In this document: positions 1 through 9,413 of the stretch, piece by piece | Layout of the letters: every line of letters starts with the position of its first letter | How positions within the stretch are numbered: position 1 is the first letter of the stretch | DNA from: Candidatus Micrarchaeia archaeon | Lineage (GTDB): Archaea; Micrarchaeota; Micrarchaeia; Micrarchaeales; CABMGC01 | NCBI GenBank assembly: GCA_049964835.1 | Contig: JBMFWW010000001.1 | Coordinates: 131,589-195,588 of the forward strand | Length of the DNA: 64,000 nucleotides | Direction: 5' to 3' | Program-made: the position numbers and the translations under genes | Notes under the pieces: model-generated | Seen by the model: only the letters and a program-made list of their open reading frames with translations | The model's database searches: none | Told to the model about the DNA's origin: nothing

Positions 1-1
1 T

Positions 2-616
2 ACAAATGGCGTTCCAAATGTTGAAATAAAAATAATAAATGGTTCTAACAACTCAAGCGTAATATATGCTTCTACAAATTTTGGTTTTGACAAAATTGAG
101 GTATTTTCAAATAACAATCTTATGGCTATCGGAATTGGAAATATTTCATATAGTACCTCACTCATGAAGTCAGGTAATTACTCTCTTTTAGCTTGTGATG
201 TTACTACATATCCTGAACAATGTTCAACTCCAATAAATTTATCAGTAGGTCAAATTTCAAAAACCACACCTTCAGTTTCATCAGTGCCATTTTTAAACAT
301 AAAGTTGCCATTTCCACCAATATATCTTGTAGGAGTAATAATAGTAATAATTGCTGTAATATTCTATAAAAGAAGATCAAACGACTATGATTATCTTTAT
401 GGATCTAGGGAGGGAAAGAATGATTATGATTCAGGAGATGACGAGGCAATAAAAAAGACATCAACAACAAACACTACAAAAAAGATGACAGAAAGCAGTT
501 CAACAGATGATTCAGCAATAAAAGTATCTAAAAATCCAGATCAGTATAAATCTTCTGGATTTGACAATTCTAATAGTGAAAGTAAGTTTGGTTGGAGCTC
601 AGAACCTAAAGAGTAA
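2..616 (+). CDS. cell-surface protein, C-terminal part (5' end outside window)
   Basis: Frame is open from the window edge with no stop before the listed Met at 122. Asn/Ser/Thr-rich with N-x-S/T sequons. One C-proximal TM helix (IYLVGVIIVIIAVIFY) followed by KRR and a Ser/Asp-rich tail. Confidence 0.5.
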   Translation, partial: TNGVPNVEIKIINGSNNSSVIYASTNFGFDKIEVFSNNNLMAIGIGNISYSTSLMKSGNYSLLACDVTTYPEQCSTPINLSVGQISKTTPSVSSVPFLNIKLPFPPIYLVGVIIVIIAVIFYKRRSNDYDYLYGSREGKNDYDSGDDEAIKKTSTTNTTKKMTESSSTDDSAIKVSKNPDQYKSSGFDNSNSESKFGWSSEPKE

Positions 617-777
617 GTAAATAAAATCTTGCACTCCCTTCTTATAATACAAAATTTAGTCTATATTTCTACAGAACTTAAAAGTAGCTTTGCCAAAAGA
701 GGATTTAAATATTTTTGTACATATATAATTAAAGTCTATTTAATATTAATTTATACTTAATATTAGTCAGTGATTAA

Positions 778-1182
778 ATGAGTGAAGAGATAACATACGG
801 TTCAATGAAGGACGTAAAGACAGGTAGGTATATACTTATTGATGGTATTCCATGCAGGGTTGTAGATGTTGAAACATCAGCTCCTGGAAAACACGGCTCA
901 GCAAAGATGAGAGTAACGGGCATAGGTGTTTTTGATGGAAATAAGAGAACATTGCTTAAGCCAAGTAGCGGAGATATAGAGCTACCTCTAATATCAAAGA
1001 AAAAAGCACAGGTAGTTTCCATATCGGGAAATAATGCACAGGTTATGAATTTAGAAACATATGAAACTTATGATATACCCATACCGGAGGATATGCAAAA
1101 TGCAGTCAAACCTGGAGCGGAGGTAGAAATAATGGAGTATGGCGAAAAGAGAGCCATATCAAGAGTAACAGGAAGTGTTTAG
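778..1182 (+). CDS. eif5a: translation initiation factor 5A (aIF5A)
   Basis: 134 aa. The hypusine loop TSAPGKHGSAKMRV and the C-terminal OB-fold pattern are typical of aIF5A/eIF5A. Confidence 0.9.
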   Translation: MSEEITYGSMKDVKTGRYILIDGIPCRVVDVETSAPGKHGSAKMRVTGIGVFDGNKRTLLKPSSGDIELPLISKKKAQVVSISGNNAQVMNLETYETYDIPIPEDMQNAVKPGAEVEIMEYGEKRAISRVTGSV

Positions 1183-1497
1183 ATGGAAAATTTAGAAATA
1201 AAACTAAATGATAAAAAAGAGAATAAACTTTTAAAGAGGTATGAGTTAAGCTTTACAGCTTACTATAAAGGTGAGACGCCAAAAAAGGACACATTAAAAG
1301 AAGAGATATGCAAGATGCAAAACTTAAATCCTTCATTTACAACTATAACTAAGATAGATCAGCAGTACGGTGTTCAAGAGAGTATAGTATATGTAAATTC
1401 TTACCTAAGCGAGGCAGATATGTCAAGATATGAGCGTAAGAAAGAAGCAAAGGCAGATAAGGTAGCAAAAGCAGCTAATCCTGAAGCAAAAAAATAA
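1183..1497 (+). CDS. rps24e: 30S ribosomal protein S24e
   Basis: 104 aa. N-terminal NKLLKRYEL..F pattern of S24e. It starts directly at the aIF5A stop and precedes S27ae, the conserved S24e-S27ae pairing. Confidence 0.85.
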   Translation: MENLEIKLNDKKENKLLKRYELSFTAYYKGETPKKDTLKEEICKMQNLNPSFTTITKIDQQYGVQESIVYVNSYLSEADMSRYERKKEAKADKVAKAANPEAKK

Positions 1498-1508
1498 AGG
1501 TAGATTGA

Positions 1509-1667
1509 ATGGCAGAAAAAGCTGAAAAACCAACAAAAACAGAAAAGAAAAAAGTATTTGGATATAAGCCTGGGGAAAAGTTTTGTCCTAAATGTGGCGT
1601 AAGAATGGCATCACATCAAAATAGATATGCATGCGGAAGATGTCACTATACAGAGCTTAAAAAGTGA
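1509..1667 (+). CDS. rps27ae: 30S ribosomal protein S27ae (zinc ribbon)
   Basis: My own translation, below the ORF-track cutoff: [52 protein letters not shown]. CxxC...CxxC ribbon, positioned after S24e. Confidence 0.8.
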   Translation: MAEKAEKPTKTEKKKVFGYKPGEKFCPKCGVRMASHQNRYACGRCHYTELKK

Positions 1668-2526
1668 TTTTATAGTTTCTAACTCTAAGTTAAAAAAAGA
1701 TATAAAAACACGCAAAACAAATAATAAAAAAATTAATAGAACAGCAAGCAAGAAAGGTTCAAGGGAAGGTCAATTTATTAAATTAGGAACTTATAAAAAT
1801 CAATCAAGTTCTCCAAAGAACTCTAATTTTGTGGTAATACCTGAAAATACAACTCTTAAGAGTAAGGCAATAAATACAATCTTATTCATATGCATAGCAT
1901 TTGTACTTTTTTTATTTTTTAGTTTTATATTTAGCTTTTTATACCACTTAAACATTATAACAAACGTTGATGTTTTAGGAAGCTTGCCTATCGAACTTAC
2001 GTTTATATCAGCAGTACTTATTTATTTAATTACTATAAAGGGAATGAAAAAAGGTTTCGCAAAAGAGTTAGGTTTATCAAGAAGTACCTTAACAATCAAG
2101 AATTTGCTTCTAGGGGTTATGATCTTTTTAATACTAATCTTTGTTTTAATATTTATCTCATTAACTGCAAATTATACAAATACAACAATAACCGGTAATA
2201 GCAGTGCAATATTTGCAAGCGGTCCAGCTCCTCCACCTATATGGTTCTACTTTTTTGTAGCTATAATAGCTCCAATAATAGAGGAGATAACCTTTAGAGG
2301 CTTTTTCATAAAGCGTATAGGCATAATACCAAGCGCAATTATTTTTGCTCTTTTGCATTCTGGTTATTATACTAGCATATCATTTTTGTCATTATTGTCC
2401 TTGCTCCTCGCAGCATTTATCTTTGCAGTAGTTGCAGGAATTATATACAAGAAGACAAACTCAATATATCCATCTATAGTGGCGCATATATTAGAAAATA
2501 GTTTAGCTACCATTTCATTTTTGTAA
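1627..2526 (+). CDS. CPBP (CAAX-type) intramembrane protease family protein
   Basis: Polytopic protein with the family motifs [12 protein letters not shown] and HILEN. The listed start overlaps S27ae by 41 nt, so the true start is uncertain. Confidence 0.7.
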   Translation: MHAEDVTIQSLKSDFIVSNSKLKKDIKTRKTNNKKINRTASKKGSREGQFIKLGTYKNQSSSPKNSNFVVIPENTTLKSKAINTILFICIAFVLFLFFSFIFSFLYHLNIITNVDVLGSLPIELTFISAVLIYLITIKGMKKGFAKELGLSRSTLTIKNLLLGVMIFLILIFVLIFISLTANYTNTTITGNSSAIFASGPAPPPIWFYFFVAIIAPIIEEITFRGFFIKRIGIIPSAIIFALLHSGYYTSISFLSLLSLLLAAFIFAVVAGIIYKKTNSIYPSIVAHILENSLATISFL

Positions 2527-2606
2527 GGCTAAAATATCAGATCAAATAGCTAAGGAAAAATAGCTAAGGAAATAGTCTGAATGCAGTTTCTATTTTTATA
2601 ATTAAA

Positions 2607-3317
2607 CTATCTTATCTCTTCGTAGTAATCCTTTGATTTCTTGAATAATGCATACTTTACCATATTCCCAAAGTGGAATTTAAAGAATCCTAAAATACCC
2701 CAAGTCTTAATTCTTCTTATGCTTGTGAAAACAGTAGCATCATTAACAAATATTATTCTACCTAATTTTTTTAATCTTGTAGAAAGATCCCAATCTTCAT
2801 AAGTTATCAAGTTCTCGTTAAAGCCTTTTATTTTGAAGAACGCATCTCTTCTTACTGCAAAGTTTGAACCAACTACACTTGGTTTTCCAAGCGTTAACGC
2901 AGCTTTGACAAAAAATATTGAGACAAACTTGAAACCCAACCTTGTTATAACACCTGTTTTTTCAAGTGGAAGTATCGGCCCTGTTGCTGCAACAACAGTT
3001 TTATCTTCAAAAGCTTTTGCATAAGACTCAATGAGTTTTTTACTTGGCATAGTATCTGCATCAATAAAAATAAGTATCTCTCCTTTGGATTTTTTTGCTC
3101 CTGTATTTCTTGCACGACCAATACCCTTTCTTTTATCTACAATAACAAAATCAACATACGTTTTTGCTATGTTAACCGTTTTATCTATACTGCCTCCATC
3201 AACCAATATACTTTCGAAGTTCTTTCTTGTTTGAACTTTCAATCCTTTTATTGGATTGATTATATATTTTTCTTCGTTTTTTGCAGGTATTATTACACTA
3301 ATTTTTTTATTAACCAT
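2607..3317 (-). CDS. family-2 glycosyltransferase (dolichyl-phosphate sugar synthase-like)
   Basis: N-terminal ISVIIPAKNEE, and DGGS.D and FIDAD (DxD) motifs typical of GT2. Confidence 0.8.
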   Translation of the reverse strand: MVNKKISVIIPAKNEEKYIINPIKGLKVQTRKNFESILVDGGSIDKTVNIAKTYVDFVIVDKRKGIGRARNTGAKKSKGEILIFIDADTMPSKKLIESYAKAFEDKTVVAATGPILPLEKTGVITRLGFKFVSIFFVKAALTLGKPSVVGSNFAVRRDAFFKIKGFNENLITYEDWDLSTRLKKLGRIIFVNDATVFTSIRRIKTWGILGFFKFHFGNMVKYALFKKSKDYYEEIR

Positions 3318-3319
3318 AA

Positions 3320-3958
3320 TTATTCACTATGTAACGATTCAACTACCTCTGCAACTCCTCTTACTACAATATAAAGTAATAAAATTCCAGTTAAGATATA
3401 ACCAAAAAATATAGGAAAGTCTGAAACGTAAACAAATGTTAAATAAGAAAAGGTAAGGAATTTAACTACATTTACTCCACCTCTTCCTATGCTTGATGAG
3501 TATACAATTCTACCGAGTTTTGTCTTCATCTTGTTTGAGGTGCCCTTAGCTCCCATTATTGCATCTACAAATGAGTGCCTGAATATAACTATTAATATTA
3601 CAAAAAATGGTAGCACATTCAAATATATAAAAACTGACCAAAGCGCATACTCAATTGCACGATCTCCAGCAACATCCATTCTAGGTCCGTGCTTATGTTT
3701 TTTTGATATGCTTTCTTTAATCTCCTTTATTTTTTTCTTATTCTGAGAACTCTTTTTGAATGAGTTTATGTATGAAATAAAGCTTACTGTGTTTTTGCTT
3801 TCCTCTCTTATTGCAAGATAGCCGTCTACTCCATCAAGTATAAATGCTATTAAAAGCAAAAATATTATTAAAAGAGGATTAATTTTAAGTATTATTAAAT
3901 AAACAGAAATAAAGACAAGCAAAACCCTAAAAACAGTAGCAAAATCAGCACTTCTCAT
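3320..3958 (-). CDS. CDP-alcohol phosphatidyltransferase family protein with a Lys-rich insertion
   Basis: Polytopic. DGVDGYLAIR ... GPRMDVAGD matches D-x2-DG-x2-AR...G-x3-D-x3-D, but the two halves are separated by about 45 aa instead of about 8. Confidence 0.6.
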   Translation of the reverse strand: MRSADFATVFRVLLVFISVYLIILKINPLLIIFLLLIAFILDGVDGYLAIREESKNTVSFISYINSFKKSSQNKKKIKEIKESISKKHKHGPRMDVAGDRAIEYALWSVFIYLNVLPFFVILIVIFRHSFVDAIMGAKGTSNKMKTKLGRIVYSSSIGRGGVNVVKFLTFSYLTFVYVSDFPIFFGYILTGILLLYIVVRGVAEVVESLHSE

Positions 3959-4041
3959 TATTACATCCTAATAAAATATACATTACTATTTAACTCAAAA
4001 GGTTTATTAAGATTAATTTATATATTTCTAAAGAACTTAGT

Positions 4042-7000
4042 GTGGTCATAATGTTTGATTTTACAAAAAATGAGGAAAAGATTTTACTTTACTGGAAGGA
4101 AAAGGATATACCAAACAAAATACGATTGCATAATAAAGATAAAAAACCTTTTTACTTTCTTGATGGGCCTCCATATGCAAGTGGTAATCTACATCCTGGT
4201 CAGATATGGGTCAAATCAATAAAGGACGTATACGTAAGATTTAATAGGCTAAGAGGCTTTAATGTTCATGATAGAGCCGGATATGATGTTCATGGGCTTC
4301 CTATAGAAAATAAGGTTGAAAAAACATTAGGTATAACATCAAAGAAAGATATAGAGATTAAGGTTGGGGTTGAAAATTTCATTAAGTACTGCAAAGAGTA
4401 TGCCGATTCGTTAATACCAAAAATGACAAATGACTTTTTAAGATTTGGCAGTTCCCTCGATTTTGATAATCCATATCTTGCATACAAGAACGAGTTTATA
4501 GAAAATGCGTGGGATGTTCTTAAAAAAGCAGATGAAAAGGGTTATCTATACTCAGGAGTTAAACCTATGCTTTACTGCATACACTGCGGTACCGTTCTTG
4601 CTCAAGGTACACTTGAAATAGAGTACTCTGATGAAACTGACAATTCCATATTTGTAGGATTCAAAGTAAATAAAGAGTTATCAAAGCCAAAGATAGAGAT
4701 TTCAGAAAATACATACTTGTTAATATGGACCACTACTCCATGGACACTGCCCTCAAATGTTGCGGTAGCAGCAAATCCTAAAGAGTTATATGTTAAAGTA
4801 AAAGCAGGAGATAAATCATTAATATTCATAAAATCAAGATTCGATGCAGTATCTGATTTAATTGATGAAAATTTAATAATAGAAGCAGAGTTTTACGGAA
4901 GCGAGTTGAATGGCATATTCTATATAAATCCGCTTGAGGTTCAAATAAAAAAACAAGAAGAGTTAAGACCTATGCATAAGATTTTGCTTTCTGAAGAGCT
5001 TGTTTCGTCTACCGAAGGAAGCGGTCTTGTGCACATAGCTCCGGGCCACGGATCAGAGGATTACCAGCTAGGTTTGAAGAATGCATTACCAATATTCTCG
5101 CTAGTTAACTTAAATGGAGTATATACTGAAGAGGCTGGCACTTACGCAGGCTTAAAGGTTCCCGAAGAAGCAAACATAAAGATAATCGAAGTACTAAAAA
5201 GCAAAGGCTTGCTATTTGGTTCATTAAAAATAAGACATAGCTATCCTCACTGCTGGAGATGTAAGGAAAAGCTTCTCTTTCTAGTTACAAAGCAGTGGTT
5301 TTTCAATATACAGAAGATTAAAAGCAAGCTTATTAGCGAGTCTAGGAAGGTCAAATGGCATCCACAAGAAGCTAGCTCTTGGATGGAGGATATACTGTCT
5401 AATTCACCTGATTGGAGCATAGCAAGGCAAAGGTATTGGGGCATTCCGATACCTATATGGCAGTGCAATAGCTGTAATAGTTATACAATTATTGGTTCTA
5501 AAGCTGAACTTGAGTCGCTAGCTGTTAATGGGGATGTGGTAGCGTCAATGCAAAATCTACATAAACCATTCATAGATGAGATACTTATAAAATGCAGCAA
5601 GTGTAAAGCCAATATGTCAAGGGTACCTGACGTCTTTGATGTCTGGTATGACTCTGGTATAGCTTTCAAAGCAAGTCTATCCGAAGAAGAGTTTTCACGT
5701 TTATATCCTGCCGAATTTATTCTTGAAGGAAAGGATCAGCTTAGAGGATGGTTTTCCACATTATTAAAAATAAGCGTAATTTTATATGGAAAAGCACCAT
5801 TTAAAAATGTAATAATAGACGGAATGCTTCTTTCAGAAGATGGAAGAGAGATGCACAAAAGCCTTGGAAATTATATATCCTTAGAAGAGCTGCTAAAGTT
5901 CTCAAGTGCTGATGGTTATAGATTATGGTGTTCTAGCCATACACAATGGCTTGACCTTCAATTCAAAAAGGAGGAGATACGCGAGTCAGAAAAAAAGATA
6001 AGCACTATGTACAATATGTTCAATTTGTTAAATGAGTACTCATTGATGTTAAATTACATGCCCAAAAAGATAAAGAGGCCTTCACTAAAAAGTATTGACA
6101 AAAAGGAAGATTTATGGATATTATCCAGACTTAACTCTACAATCAAAAATGTTACCAACTCTTTAGAAAATTATGACATACAGGTCGCTAACTCTGAGTT
6201 ATCTAACTTTTTATTAAATGACTTAAGCAGATTCTATATAAAACTTGTAAAGAAAAAAATACTTTATTCAGACAAAAAAACTTCAAAGAGCTATGTCGAC
6301 TTGCTTAATTACATACTCTATCAGCTTAATTTAATAATATCTCCATTTATTCCATTTTCATCAGAGTATCTTTATCTAAATAATCAAGCTGCACTTTCAG
6401 ATAATAAGGAAAGTATATTCTTAAATACATGGCCATTGGCTTCTAAAAATTATATAAACTTAGATCTTGAAAAGGAGTTTGATATTGTTCTTGATGTTGT
6501 ATCTGGAATACTGAGTAGCAGAGAGCATTCTGGAGTAAAACTAAGGTGGCCATTATCTAAAGCTACAGTTGAGACCTTATCTGATGAGGTATCAAAAATC
6601 GTAAGCGTTTACTCAGAAATAATCTCAGATTATACAAATATTAAAGATATAATTGTAAAGAAAAAAGAGTCAATAAGTCTAGAAATTAAACCTAATTTTT
6701 CAAAGATAGGCCCTGAATTCAAAGATAAAAGCTCTGCAGTTTCAGAAGCCCTCAAAACCGCAGATCCCAAACTATTAAATGATGCAATAAATACTGGTGG
6801 CTACTACATATTACATACATCTAAAGGTCCGGTAAATATAACTAAAGATCATTTTATAACAATAGAAAATATAAAAAATGAAAACGGTGTTGAGTTCAAA
6901 TACGGTTTCATATATGTAGATACTCAAATAGATGCAAAGTTAAGAGAAGAGGCTCTTGTAAGAGAGTTTCAAAGAAGGGTTCAAATGCTTAGAAAGGAGC

Positions 7001-7203
7001 TTTTATTGAAAAAACCTGATAAAATAGAGCTCTATTACAACGCATCTTCCGAATTTGAAAAAATAATAAACAACTCATATAAAGAAATATCAGAGTATAT
7101 AAACGCTAAAAAGATACTTTCTAAATTATCAAATGAGGATATTCTTAAAAAAGAGTTTGAAATAGAAGATGAAAAGCTAACCCTTCAAATCAAGAAGGTG
7201 TAA
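4042..7203 (+). CDS. ileS: isoleucyl-tRNA synthetase
   Basis: 1053 aa. Class Ia architecture: PPYASGNLHPGQ (HIGH region), editing-domain TTPWTLPSN, zinc-site CWRC...CNSC, GREMHKSLGN (KMSKS region). GTG at 4042, first ATG at 4051. Confidence 0.95.
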   Translation: MVIMFDFTKNEEKILLYWKEKDIPNKIRLHNKDKKPFYFLDGPPYASGNLHPGQIWVKSIKDVYVRFNRLRGFNVHDRAGYDVHGLPIENKVEKTLGITSKKDIEIKVGVENFIKYCKEYADSLIPKMTNDFLRFGSSLDFDNPYLAYKNEFIENAWDVLKKADEKGYLYSGVKPMLYCIHCGTVLAQGTLEIEYSDETDNSIFVGFKVNKELSKPKIEISENTYLLIWTTTPWTLPSNVAVAANPKELYVKVKAGDKSLIFIKSRFDAVSDLIDENLIIEAEFYGSELNGIFYINPLEVQIKKQEELRPMHKILLSEELVSSTEGSGLVHIAPGHGSEDYQLGLKNALPIFSLVNLNGVYTEEAGTYAGLKVPEEANIKIIEVLKSKGLLFGSLKIRHSYPHCWRCKEKLLFLVTKQWFFNIQKIKSKLISESRKVKWHPQEASSWMEDILSNSPDWSIARQRYWGIPIPIWQCNSCNSYTIIGSKAELESLAVNGDVVASMQNLHKPFIDEILIKCSKCKANMSRVPDVFDVWYDSGIAFKASLSEEEFSRLYPAEFILEGKDQLRGWFSTLLKISVILYGKAPFKNVIIDGMLLSEDGREMHKSLGNYISLEELLKFSSADGYRLWCSSHTQWLDLQFKKEEIRESEKKISTMYNMFNLLNEYSLMLNYMPKKIKRPSLKSIDKKEDLWILSRLNSTIKNVTNSLENYDIQVANSELSNFLLNDLSRFYIKLVKKKILYSDKKTSKSYVDLLNYILYQLNLIISPFIPFSSEYLYLNNQAALSDNKESIFLNTWPLASKNYINLDLEKEFDIVLDVVSGILSSREHSGVKLRWPLSKATVETLSDEVSKIVSVYSEIISDYTNIKDIIVKKKESISLEIKPNFSKIGPEFKDKSSAVSEALKTADPKLLNDAINTGGYYILHTSKGPVNITKDHFITIENIKNENGVEFKYGFIYVDTQIDAKLREEALVREFQRRVQMLRKELLLKKPDKIELYYNASSEFEKIINNSYKEISEYINAKKILSKLSNEDILKKEFEIEDEKLTLQIKKV

Positions 7204-7249
7204 TAAATAGTAACTAAAAGTAAAGCAACAAAAATACATACCTTATTAT

Positions 7250-8254
7250 TTATCTTCTCCTGCTTTTTACTGTTGTACTATTTTTATGATGATGCATCTT
7301 ATGTCTAAAAATAACAAAGAATAAAACTACAATAATAACCGCAAATACTCCTACGTAAACCATTGCAGCATAATCTGGATTAAAATAAAGTATAGTGTTG
7401 TACTCTCCTTGATTTCCATTGCTATTGTTATTCGAATTAACAGCCGTAGAATTTTCCTTATTTATAGGGAAAAGTGTAAATGAGCCGGCCACACCGCTTA
7501 TTGTTTTTGTTTCTAAAGGCACTATCTGAGCCGGATTATAAAAAAATTCTCCATCAACACTTCCATTTTGTGCATCAATGTATATCCCCTTGTATAATTT
7601 AGTATAATAACTTGATGTGTTTATAATTGTTGGATAATAAGGTGTACTATTTACAACCTTCCAAACAAGATAATACGTAAGATTTCTTTCACTAGCATTG
7701 TAATTAGTGTTGTTATTTTTATTTGAATAAACACCAAAGATTCCATTTATCGTTCCATTAAATCCATACTCACTTGCTATTTTTTGGGCCTCACTTTGCG
7801 TTATATCTATAAAGTAAGGTTTAACTGGGCCTACATAAGAGATTACACTATTATTCTTGCCAAAAATTACCTCAATATTTAGCAATCTTAAAAGTTGAAT
7901 CGGCTCTGTACTTCCGCTATAAATAGGTTTTATTACAGAACCATTTATGAAAGGCACATTATAATTGAAAAGTATACTCGTATTTCCGTTGTATATGAAG
8001 TACTCGGAGTAGTTGATATATTTACTGTAATAGGACTCTCCAAAAAGCGTTTTTAAATAATTCTCCGATGCGTTAATATCTAATTTTGTTATATTTACAT
8101 TAACCGTTTTATTTCCAGAGCTTGTATTTGTTATATTAATCTGATGTAAATAACCTTCTGAAGGTGCGTAAAACTGTCCGCTATGCGAAAATGGCAGTAC
8201 AGAAAGCACCAATGCCACTATAGCAAAAGAATAAAATAATGAGTATTTTTTCAT
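7250..8254 (-). CDS. secreted, C-terminally anchored glycoprotein
   Basis: N-terminal signal-like helix, many N-x-S/T sequons, and a C-terminal TM (VYVGVFAVIIVVLFFVIF) plus a basic tail (RHKMHHHK...RRR). Confidence 0.6.
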   Translation of the reverse strand: MKKYSLFYSFAIVALVLSVLPFSHSGQFYAPSEGYLHQINITNTSSGNKTVNVNITKLDINASENYLKTLFGESYYSKYINYSEYFIYNGNTSILFNYNVPFINGSVIKPIYSGSTEPIQLLRLLNIEVIFGKNNSVISYVGPVKPYFIDITQSEAQKIASEYGFNGTINGIFGVYSNKNNNTNYNASERNLTYYLVWKVVNSTPYYPTIINTSSYYTKLYKGIYIDAQNGSVDGEFFYNPAQIVPLETKTISGVAGSFTLFPINKENSTAVNSNNNSNGNQGEYNTILYFNPDYAAMVYVGVFAVIIVVLFFVIFRHKMHHHKNSTTVKSRRR

Positions 8255-8420
8255 AGTAAATTTTATCCATTTAAGATATATAAATTTATGTATTGTTTTT
8301 TCTTTCCAAAGCTATATCTGTTAGCAATAAAAAATAAAAAAACGTTTAAATATTAAAAAATCACAACATATTGTTTAAGATTTAAATATTAAATTGAAAT
8401 TAAGTTAAATAGGTATTTAA

Positions 8421-8880
8421 ATGAAAGAATATGCACCAGAACAATTGCTTAAAGAGTCAAAATAAAGAAGTTGTTACATCCTGAAGTTGCAAGTAAATTT
8501 GGTTTACATTGGGTAGCTAAATCAAAAAACTACACTTGAACCTATAACGGAGATTTATAACTATCTAAGAAGTTTGGGTCTATCAAATCATAAAATTGCA
8601 AAAAATTCAACGCTTTTAGCATAGAAAAATTAGAAAATAATTTTAAATTCCTAACCGAAGAGATGCGACTTACTATTGAGAAGATCGCACAGCAAGCGTC
8701 TCTTCTAGGCAGAAATCCAGAAACTTTAAGAAAAAAGTATAGTGAATTAATAAAATATAAAGTAACTAATGAAAAATAACTGGTGATCCTCCACTTCTGG
8801 GTTTAAGAAGAGATATTGCACTTAAAAGATCAAAAAGAGGTCCAACAAACATAAATATGATAATTTCAAAGTCAAAGTGA
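8421..8880 (+). pseudogene. decayed gene for a helical-repeat protein (mTERF-like motif pattern)
   Basis: ATG at 8421 stops after 14 codons. Four further fragments lie in shifting frames: KLLHPEVASKFGLHWVAKS / ITEIYNYLRSLGLSNHKIAKNSTLLA / KLENNFKFLTEEMRLTIEKIAQQASLLGRNPETLRKKYSELIKY / GDPPLLGLRRDIALKRSKRG. Confidence 0.35.
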
Positions 8881-9009
8881 ATAATTCCCATTAATGCATT
8901 AATTTTTTAATTTAATATTTTAACAACGTGAGCGGGAAATCCCACACTCTTTAGAGGTGGGATGAAAGCGAACCGCAAAGTATATAAATATATAATACTA
9001 AATAATACT

Positions 9010-9126
9010 ATGCGATTGATAAGAAAGGTATGGAAGAAAGGAGCCACGAACCAACTTATGGTAACAATACCAAACGATGCAGGGATAAAAGAAGGGGATT
9101 ATGTCGAGATAAAAAAGGTAAAATGA
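9010..9126 (+). CDS. AbrB/SpoVT-like micro-protein (38 aa)
   Basis: My own translation: MRLIRKVWKKGATNQLMVTIPNDAGIKEGDYVEIKKVK. The pattern (x-V-T-I-P ... GIKEGDxVEI) is that of swapped-hairpin AbrB/VapB-type domains. Its TGA overlaps the next ATG (ATGATG), and an AT-rich TATA-like stretch lies upstream. Confidence 0.45.
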   Translation: MRLIRKVWKKGATNQLMVTIPNDAGIKEGDYVEIKKVK

Positions 9127-9413
9127 TGGAAGTAACAAGAGCCTACAAATACAGAATCTATCCCGATGCCAAAAGGCAGAGAGAGATAGACGAAAGGCTG
9201 TGGCTTGAAGACAGAGTATATCACTGCAACGTCTGTGGACTGACAATAGATAGGGACATAAACGCGTCAATAAACATATTGCATAGAGCAACTACCCTCG
9301 GGCAGAGGGGAAGTTACGCTCAGGGAGAGAGTGTAAGACCTCAACAGGAGGCTGTTCTCAAGGAACTGAGAACCGATAAAATACATCCTTTGCAGGATGC
9401 AGTGGTTGCATGA
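9126..9413 (+). pseudogene. tnpB: TnpB (OrfB_IS605) internal-deletion derivative, 95 aa
   Basis: MEVTRAYKYRIYPDAKRQREID is a TnpB N-terminus. It is joined directly to the C-terminal zinc-finger/RuvC-III region HCNVCGLTIDRDINASINIL. The central RuvC-I/II region of about 300 aa is missing. Confidence 0.65.

Noticed and set aside
9030-9413. The 127-aa ORF as listed (MEERSHEPTYGNNTKRCRDK...).
   Set aside because: Its first about 32 codons are an out-of-frame read across the AbrB-like micro-ORF (9010-9126). The TnpB-like sequence only begins at the internal ATG at 9126. I therefore split it into 9010-9126 and 9126-9413. The antisense ORF 8998..9291 is spurious for the same reason.
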